From Guillardia theta CCMP2712 (lineage: Eukaryota; Protista; Cryptophyta), in NCBI RefSeq assembly GCF_000315625.1, contig NW_005434601.1, positions 155,988 through 200,886 of the forward strand: a stretch of DNA of 44,899 nucleotides, given 5' to 3'. The translations under genes and the position numbers were made by a program. The notes under the pieces are model-generated. The model saw only the letters and a program-made list of their open reading frames with translations, was not told the DNA's origin and searched no databases. Numbering within the stretch: position 1 is the first letter of the stretch; the number at the start of each line of letters is the position of its first letter. Of this stretch, positions 1 to 8,782 are shown one piece after another.

Positions 1-64
1 CTCCTTAACCATCATAGTCTTCCTCCAGCACTTTTCTTTGTTGTATTGTCTAATGATGTTGCAG

Positions 65-1916
65 GCGAGCGTTTGAAGGAGGCGACTAAGATCAACTTGT
101 CCCTTTCTGCCCTCGGTTCTCCTCCTCCTTCCTCCCTCCTCCCTCCTCCCCTTATCCCCTGTATTGCTCATCGCAACTCATTTTTGTTGCAGGCAATGTG
201 ATCTCAGCGTTAGTTGACTCCAAGACAAGTCACGGTAAGAGGGAGACTTGACACGTCACTCCTTCTGACCAGTCTGTTGCTGCCACCAGTGCCGTATCGC
301 GACTCCAAACTCACGCGCCTCCTCCAAGTCTCTCCCTCTCCCTCTCCTTCCCTCTTCTCACACCACGTCGAAGGATTCTCTAGGAGGAAACACCAAGACT
401 GTCATGGTGGCAAACTTGGGCCCTGCAGGTGCGTAGAAGTTTTTTCTCCCAGCATTTTTGATGTTCCTGTTGCAGACTACAACTACGATGAGACTCTTAG
501 CACGTTGAGGTACTTCTCTCCTCTCCTCTCCTCTCCTCTGCTCTGCTCTGCTCTCCCCTTCCCTCCACTCTCTTCCCCCTTCTCCCTCCTCTCCTACACG
601 CTCATCTCCTCCAACTTCCCTCCTCTCCCCTCCTCCGTCCAGTGCTTACTGTTAACCCCGTCACCTCCTACTACTGCCCCTCTCATCCATCCCCTCCTCT
701 CTCAAACTTGGCAAGGTACGCGAACCGAGCCAAGAACATCAAGAACAAGCCGAGGATCAACGAAGACCCCAAGGACGCGATGCTGAGGGAGTTCCAGGTG
801 AAGCAGCCCCGTTCGCCTCCTCCCCCTCCAATCCCCCTCCCTCGCTCGTTCATCTCCTTCGCGATCTCTGAGACTTCGAGGCTGCAGGAAGAGATCTTGC
901 GTCTCAAGTCCTTGCTGGAGGCCCAGCAGTCAGGTGAAGCTCCTGCAGCCCCGCAAAGTTCGCACGGGTCCAGCGCAGTCCGGCAGATGTCAAACCATCA
1001 GCTGGACGAGGTGAGAAGACAGCGGGAGGGGAGGTGATGCGGTGCTGAAGAGATGCCAAGGTCAAGTCCAAGCTGCAGCAGCAGAAGGACGAGCTTGCAA
1101 GGGCAGAGAACATGCGACAAGAAGTGCGGGGAAGGAACGAGATGCGGGTAGAACGGCTGACTGGTCGTGACGTGGCAGGAGAGGGACAAGGCGGAGGCAG
1201 AGATTAGGCGCAAGGAGGAGGCACTTGCCAAGGAGAAGAGGTAGGAACTTGCTTGTCAACTTTGCTAGTTGCATTCTCAAGGAGGGGAACGCCAGAGAGC
1301 GAGAGCGACTGGCTACCCAGCTGAAGGCGATGGAGGAGAAGCTAGTGAGCGGACACGGTGAGCAGGGAGGCAGGAGACCTGGACCTCCTCCCCTCCTCCA
1401 TCCTGCGCGATGTTGACTGGATGAGCAGCCGACGAGGAGATGGCAAAGAAGAAGGAGCAGGAGCTCGCTCAGGCGCAAGTGAGCGAAGAGGAGAGGAGGA
1501 AGGAAGGAGAGGCGCTCAAGGTCGTTGCAGGTGGAGCTGGAGGAGAGGAGGCGAGAGCAGGAGCGTCTGAACAAGCAGCTCCGGTGACAGCCTGCACTCC
1601 AAACTTCCCGCTCCTCTCCTCTCCTCTCCTCTCCTTTCCTCTCCTCTCCTCTCCTCTCCTCTCCTCTCCTCTCCTCTCCTCTCCTCTCCCCATTGCCCCC
1701 CCCCCCCCCCCCCTGACGTCCGGGTGCAAAAAGAAAGAAAAAATATCCCCTGCTGCGGAGGAAAAATTTTCTTCCCTTCCAGAGGAGTGCGCGGTGAGCT
1801 GGGCTGATAGCTGGGGGGCTCACCCCTGAAGGATCGGGTGGGAGGGGAAAACCAAAAAACTGAAAAAATTGTGGACTCCATTTGAACAGGCGAAACACGG
1901 GAGGAGGGGTAAAAAA

Positions 1917-1981
<65 letters not shown>

Positions 1982-3892
1982 TCTTCTGGGGGGACTTCGG
2001 GGGGNNNNNNNNNNNNNNNNNNNNNNNNNNNNNNNNNNNNNNNNNNNNNNNNNNNNNNNNNNNNNNNNNNNNNNNNNNNNNNNNNNNNNNNNNNNNNNNN
2101 NNNNAAACAAAAAAAAAAAAAAAAACACAAAAAAAAAAAAAAAAAATATTGAATTCACAACACAGAAAAAAAAAAAAATGAAAAACAAAAAAAAAAAATG
2201 AGGAGGGGTAAAGAGGGGGGGGGGGGGGGGGGGAGGGAGGAGGAAGAAGTAGGTGGGAGAACGGGAGGGAAGGGAGGAGGAGGTAGGAGAGAGAGCGAGA
2301 GAGAAAGGAGGAGGTAGGAGGGAGAGCGAGAGAGAAGGGAGGAGGTAGGAGGGAGAGGGCCCAGAAACGAGTCGTTGTTTGGCGTAACATGGACGAGCAG
2401 GAAGTTAAAGACATCGAGAGAGAATTTCTACAGGTAGACTCCAATAACCCTCCTCCTTACCCCCTGACTCCCTCTTCCCTCTCCTCTTTCCTTTCCTCCT
2501 CCCCTTCCTCTACCCTCTCCTCTACCCTCTCCTCTACCCTCTCCTCTACCTTACTCTCTTCGTCTACCTCGTCCTCTCCTTGTTTCCTCGTCTCATCTCT
2601 CCTCCTTCTCACTCTTTCGACAGGAGAAGGAAGAGCTCTTGGAAACTATTCGCGAGCAGGCAGGGGAAACTCCGGCCGTCTGTGTCGCTGAAGCTGCTCT
2701 AGGACCGTCAACTGAAGCTCCTCAACCTCATCGTGAATAATTTCGTTCCGCCAGAGGAACGGCAGAAGGTACTCAGCGAGGAAAAGAGGAAGAGGAGCGG
2801 GGAAGGGGAATGTCAAGGAGACGAAGGGGGCGGGGGGGGAGGGCGAAAGAGAAGGAGGAGAGGAGAGGAGAGGAGAGGAGAGGAGAGGAGAGGAGAGGAG
2901 CGAGTGTGTGAGTTACTTTCCAGGTGGAGAGACGCGCAGCCTGGGATGAGGAAGGGAAGGAGTACAGGGCAAGCACAACGAGCCTCCTCCCCTGCTGGTC
3001 AGTTGATGGCAAGAGCAGGTGGAGGCGCCGAGCTCGGCGGGAGCGAGCGCGAAGCGTCCTGTCTCTGCTGTCACAGGCGCAAAGAGGTGAGGGAGGACTC
3101 TCCTGACCTCGTGCTGGGATGAAGAATCACTTGCAGGCCAAGCTCGGCTGTAGCTCGAGCAGCCAACCGGTGGGACGCATCCCATCCCATCCCAACCCAT
3201 CCTTTCCCCTTCACTGCTATCCTCTCTCCTCTCCCCTCCCCTTCGCTCCTCCCTTCCTCTCCCTACCTCACTGCTCCGTCCTTTCTCTCCTCTCCTTCTC
3301 TCCTCCCCTGTCCTCTCCCCCTTCCTTATCTTCACTCCTCCTCCTCCTGCCATCCTCTTCTTGTCTCGCATGTGACGAGGCGTCTAGGCTGGGAAGTGAG
3401 AACCCGCGCTTCAAGGGGGAGAACATCATCCAACTCGAGCTGGACATGCCGGAGAGGACGACGAGAGACTACGAGGAGAGGGACCTGCTGGGGGACGGTC
3501 TGCTCTTGCTTCCCCTCCTGCTGGCGTGACGCTGGGGAGCAGGAGACTTTCTTGGAGCCTCCGTCCCCACGAGACCCAACGTGTACCTGGGTCTTCCTGG
3601 TAGTGCGAGGAGGAAAGGAGACTGAATCGTCTTGACATGCTGTCCGTCAGACTCGGGAAGCGATGGGAGCAGCAGCTCCTCTTCCTCCAGGCCCAAGTCG
3701 CGCGGCGTCTCGTCAAGGTGGAGGAGGAGGAGGAGGAGGAGTGGCAGGCTGGACTCTGACTGCCCCGCGCATGGCAGGCCCCGGCCGCAGAGCGCTCGCC
3801 GTGGGAAGGCAGAGGGATCCAAGGGAGGAAGCGAGCAGGTTGAGCCGGTGGAAGACTATCCCGAGGCCCGAGGGCTGGTGCGAAAACGGTAG
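65..3892 (+). CDS. KIF3B: Kinesin-2 motor subunit (KIF3B/FLA8-like), 5'-truncated, many introns, spans the N gap
   Basis: Spliced exons give the kinesin motor C-terminus: [18 protein letters not shown] / [13 protein letters not shown] / [13 protein letters not shown] / [18 protein letters not shown] / [12 protein letters not shown] / [27 protein letters not shown] / EEILRLK. A coiled-coil stalk follows. The tail motifs [23 protein letters not shown] and terminal [11 protein letters not shown] match the KIF3B-type tail. Orthology to KIF3B/FLA8 rather than KIF3A is inferred from the tail. Confidence 0.9.
2005..2104. other. Assembly gap (100 N) flanked by low-quality poly-G/poly-A sequence (~1690-2240)
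   Basis: Run of N, with homopolymer-degraded flanks typical of read ends. Confidence 0.95.
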
Positions 3893-4300
3893 GAGGAGGA
3901 GGCTGGGATGCGCTGTTGAAACATCTGCCCCGCTGCCTCTGTCACATGAGCTTCTTTTCAAACGTATTGCTGAAGTACAAGATGAGAGGAGCCTGAGGCT
4001 CCGAGTGCCTGCCATGACGCCACTGCCATGAGCCGTCGGACCGTTCCGACTCTGTGAGCCGCCGGACTCGGAGAGTCCGGGCCGACGGCCGGGCCAGAGT
4101 CCGGCGGGCTACTGGTGACCTGCTAGTATCGAGTCATGCCGGTGCACCGTCAGTGTTTGTCTGATCCGCCGACACGGTCACCAGTCGACCTGCCGCACTC
4201 AGCCGAAGTAGCCGAAGTCACCCAGTAGTACTTCCGAGTGACCGACCGTACCATCCGGGACTGATTGGACCCGGTGACCGGGTGCCGACTCACGGTAGTA

Positions 4301-4353
4301 GTAGTCTTTACTCAAAGTTAAGTATCAGTATTAGTCTTTACTCAAAGTTAAGT
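4301..4353. repeat. Short direct repeat tagtctttactcaaagttaagt x2
   Basis: Two copies visible, separated by about 9 nt. Confidence 0.8.
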
Positions 4354-5488
4354 TAAGTTACTCTTAAAAGTTGTAGTAATGGCCTAACTCAGACCGATAT
4401 GGCCGGCCCGGTGAGTGAGCTTCTCCGTGCAGTTGGGGCCGTCCCCCTTATATACAAGTATTATAATATTTTGTACCGCTTTGGAAGGTTATATATTACT
4501 TATTACAATTATATCCCCATTAGATCATAGTAGCGAACGGATGTGCAAGAGAGTTTACTTATATGAAGTTACATCAATACATCACCTCAAATTAACACAG
4601 AGGGAACTTGGTATTAAGCGGGAAAAAATCAGATTAATGGCCTGAAGAGTACGATTAAGATTCATTGAAGGAGAAATCAAGGCCCATTTCTTTTTAACGC
4701 CGATATGTAACCCCACCCTTTACGAAATAGCAAAATGAAATGATAATGAGGGGTATGTGGCTTTTTTGTTTAGAGGGATTGGGGAATAAAAAGAACGATC
4801 GACCGAAATCCCTGCATAGCATTGAGATTCAAGAGTTGGCGTGTATTTTAAAAAGAAATAGCCTTGCACAAATGGTACAGATACACCTGAATGAAGTATT
4901 TAAAATTCTATAATTTTGTTTTATCCTCTATATATCTACTTGTTTTTAAAGCTTGATAGACATCCCTTATGTTCAGAGCTGAAAACGTACTGAAAACGTA
5001 CAGCATCTGGTACTTAATTAAAATTAGTTTTACATAATAAATAAAGTTATTAAAAAAGCCAACTTTGTTTTCCCCCAACTACGACGACTCCCCAAACCAT
5101 ACAGTCTGACCCCACCCACCCCAGTCTTTTCAGCGCATCGTAGGCTTCGACCACCCCTGCATTTCCCACCCTCCACCCTTCTAGGACCAGGAACTATGAA
5201 CGAGTACCGCCTATAAAGTTCCCAATGTGTTTCTTGGAGGACCCTACCCCCCTTGATACCCACCCACATAGGGATTCACCACCCTTGATCACTTGTACCC
5301 CTTTGTAGCTCCATCTGTACCATGGATAACCCGGTCCTTTTGCCGGATTTTCTCCGAATCTTATATTAATACAGGTCACCCCACCCTATTGGTTCCGATA
5401 GGAAATTGACCCCTACCCCCTTTATTGTAGCCATACCCCACCTGAGCTAAACATACTAAACCCGTTCCCCCTGTTTAGCCGGTCCTGC

Positions 5489-6781
5489 ATGCGCAAGGCG
5501 CTGGGCAAGAGGAGGATCAATAACCGCGCTCTTGATCGTGTTTCCTTCCCCTCGCCCTCTGCTTCTTCTCTTTTTCCTCCTTCCTCTGAACCTTTTCTGG
5601 GCTTCAATCTCCCCCGTCCCCACCAATTTGACCTACAAACGCCTTGCGCTCGTTCCCACGTACCTTGTTTTCGTGTACCTGTTTCTTCGAACATTGTTAG
5701 CACATCCTCTTCTCTATCTCAGGGTCGGAACTATTCCGTGAGCAGAAGATATATCTCTGACAAGTCCCACGCGAACTCAAGCCATCTGACATCTCGACCC
5801 ATCCGTTCGGAACCTTGGACGATTGAGACTGCCAAGCGTATCTTTCCTGTTCTCCTCCTTTGTCTTTTCTCTGGGAACTGTGTGTCCGCAAGTGGTTTCG
5901 TGATGAGCTCTTCGAATTTACAGAAGCCCCTCCCGCTCCCCAATATCATCGGGCATCGTGGTGCGAAATCAGTTGCACCAGAGAACACGCTTGCCTCGAT
6001 TCGGGCCGCCAAGAGACTGGGCTGTACCTTCGTGGAAGTGGACGTGATGCTTTCGAACGATAAGGTAGCCTGCATCCATCATGATAACACGTTGGATCGA
6101 TGCACCAATGGACGAGGCTTCCTGTGGGACCAGAACATCGATGCTCTCCGCTCCTTGGACGCTGGCTCTTGGTTTGACAAGGAGTTCGCTGGCGAGAAGC
6201 TGCCGCTCTTGTCCGAGGTGATCCAGACCTGCAGGGATCTCAACCTCGGACTGAACCTGGAGATCAAACACGCGACTGACAAGGCCACGGACGTTCCCAC
6301 TCCTGAGGAGAGGGAGAGGGAGATCGAGCTCGCCGAGAAGGTGTGCGTTGACATCGTAGACCTGGAGGCCGATCCCTCCAGCATCGTGTTCTCGAGCTTC
6401 AGCAGGGATGCCATCAGGGTCCTTTACGAGAAGCTGCCGCACTTCAAGCGGAGCTTCCTGGTCGAGGGCCTGCCGGAGGACTGGGAGGATTTCGTGGCTC
6501 GTTACGAGTGTGTCAGTCTCAACTTCAACCATAAGGAGGTCCCCAACCAGAAGATCGCCGAGATCAGCTCACTCGTCCCCACCTACTGCTATACCGTCAA
6601 CGAGCCGGGGAGAGCTCGAGAGCTCTTTGCCCTAGGTGTGAAGGGCGTGTTCAGCGACTGGCCGCACGTCATCCAGGAAGGCCTTATTATCATCGACAGC
6701 CCACAAGAGAAGGTCGACACAACGGGAACCTCCTTGCCGAGCTCCAATCTTCCTCCCCTGCGCGTTGCTGGCTTTGCGTGA
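5489..6781 (+). CDS. Glycerophosphodiester phosphodiesterase (GDPD, UgpQ-like); true start uncertain (ATG 5489 or 5903)
   Basis: Motifs IIGHRGAKSVAPENTLAS, VEVDVMLSND, HHDNTLDRCTNGRG, LDAGSWF, LNLEIK, FSSF, YTVNE, GVKGVFSDWP cover the complete GDPD TIM barrel with catalytic His residues. No intron in the catalytic domain. Confidence 0.93.
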   Translation: MRKALGKRRINNRALDRVSFPSPSASSLFPPSSEPFLGFNLPRPHQFDLQTPCARSHVPCFRVPVSSNIVSTSSSLSQGRNYSVSRRYISDKSHANSSHLTSRPIRSEPWTIETAKRIFPVLLLCLFSGNCVSASGFVMSSSNLQKPLPLPNIIGHRGAKSVAPENTLASIRAAKRLGCTFVEVDVMLSNDKVACIHHDNTLDRCTNGRGFLWDQNIDALRSLDAGSWFDKEFAGEKLPLLSEVIQTCRDLNLGLNLEIKHATDKATDVPTPEEREREIELAEKVCVDIVDLEADPSSIVFSSFSRDAIRVLYEKLPHFKRSFLVEGLPEDWEDFVARYECVSLNFNHKEVPNQKIAEISSLVPTYCYTVNEPGRARELFALGVKGVFSDWPHVIQEGLIIIDSPQEKVDTTGTSLPSSNLPPLRVAGFA

Positions 6782-7285
6782 ACTTCGGTCACCTCGGCCA
6801 ATCCTGTAACCGAAGGTTTATTGTTTGTACGAGCATAACTCCGGCCGGACTCGCTCACCCCGGCTCGTAACTCTGACTCTCTCCTCCTCACTGCCATTGA
6901 ATGAAGTGAATCGTGAATGTTATTAAGAGATTCGGCCCCCCGGCGACTCATGATCATTCCTCCTGCGGGCATCCTGCGAGCCTGTGACTCAGGTCGAGAC
7001 GAGTCACAGTACTACGGTAAAACTTAGGTCTAACTTACCGGCGCCGGCAGGGGCAGTCGGAATAACGTTTGTTGCGAAGTTCTCTCAGTCTGTCCCAGAC
7101 GGTCTCAGCCGGGCCGGGCCGCAGTAAATCACTTGTGACAGTTTCCCAGTCACTGAGTCACGCCGTGACGGCCGCGGCAACACGGAGTCCGGGCCGGCCC
7201 GCCCTGAAAGGCCCGGCGGCGCCGGGCTCATGTTTCAATTAAAAAATTAGTAAACTTTGGGTGGCGGTGGTTTCAAACAGGCGTG

Positions 7286-8529
7286 ATGGCGGCTGTGACG
7301 GCTGTGGTGAAGCAGCAGCAGGACGTGAAGGAGGGGGGAGAGGAAGAGAGGTACAGGCATGTAGATTCATCCTCTGCTCTTCATCCTCACTTGAACAACG
7401 AGCTTGCATGCTTGTTGACATCTTTTCTCTCCAGACTTTGGCTTCTTCTGGGCCTAGGTACTGAAGGTGAATGGGAAGACATACAGAACCGACAGTCTGA
7501 GGACGAAGTGAGAGAAATGCTAGATGACTTGAGAGACTTTGTAAAACATGTAACTCAATCTTTGAATGTCTTCAATGTACTGACGCCTTTGTTCAAAAGC
7601 AGACAATCGACGAAAGCAGGACGAAGGCGGAGCAGCTGAATGCGGATCCCCTCCTGGACCTTGCATCGAAGCATGCAAGCTTAGGAAACAAGCTGGAAGG
7701 AGGAATGTTCTCACACAATGTAGATTCTCTGCAGAGGTGCCTGCAGAGCATCAGCGCACATGCGATCGGCGGTGAAATATCCTTGTTCCTCTACCTTCCT
7801 GCTTCGACCCGATTAATTGTCATGCTCTCAGATGGATTTGTGCACGACCGTGTCTCAGACTTCGAAGGAGAGCTGGCAGAGAAAGAGAACATCATGAGCG
7901 AGAGACTGAACAATGTACAACAAAATGACAACTGCCAAAGGGCAAAGCAGGGAAGCGACAGCGAGACAGGTTCATATTACTGTCCCCACACACAAACCGA
8001 TTGCCATCTCATCTGCTTCAACAGCATGTGAGGAGGACATCCAGAAATTGACGACAGTCATGGAAGAGTTGCGACACTCGGTATGACATTCATTTCTTGT
8101 GATGCTGTGACCACTGACTGGAACCAATTCCAGGTTAACAACTTCAACGACATCTACAACTCCCAGGTCAAGAGTTTGCTGCAGAGGTTGCAGCGACCAA
8201 CCGTCCGGCAAGAACTTGGTAACGCATGCTCTTGTCCTCCCTGACTCTGTCCTCCTCACCTGACTGACTTGACAAGGTGATGCCGTATCCCGAACCGCAT
8301 GCTTGAGCAGCAAGAGTCGTCAGTTCATCCAAGATCTGAAGGAGCTTCGAAACCTTCTCCAGGTGGAGACTGCGAGTAGTCAAGAAAGCAAGAACGCTGG
8401 TGCAAAATGATCATCGACGGTCAAACAGATGCTGGACTGATTACAAATGGGGCAGGTGATGCGGAGTTTGCGGATCTCAACAGAAGTATGGAGATTGTGC
8501 AACGTCTGCTTCAAAAACTTCAAGGATGA
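7286..8529 (+). CDS. Hypothetical multi-exon coiled-coil protein
   Basis: Coding-like, E/K/L-rich exons (EGEWEDIQNRQSEDEVREMLDDLRDFVKHVTQSL; DFEGELAEKENIMSERLNNVQQ; terminal ...VQRLLQKLQG*) separated by ~50-nt GT-AG introns. No recognisable domain; boundaries approximate. Confidence 0.5.
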
Positions 8530-8782
8530 ATTTCGCACGGGGCACTCGAAGTAGTAATCCTTAAAGTATTATTCACATACAACAGTCACAAGTTCTTGAG
8601 GAGCAAAATTCCTCAAAATCGAAGGCACACTAATGTTGAAGCATCTAGGCTGCAGAAATCTGATCGAAATATATCAGAAATGTGCCAAGGAACGAAGAGA
8701 TAGAAAAATAACAATCAGTCCAACACCATCACCAAGAACGATAAACCCAACAGAACATGCTCAGAAGGAATCCGCCATACAC

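Noticed and set aside
1062-2444. Long ORFs with poly-Pro/Gly/Lys/Phe around the gap
   Set aside because: They run through Ns and low-quality homopolymer flanks inside a kinesin intron; artefacts.
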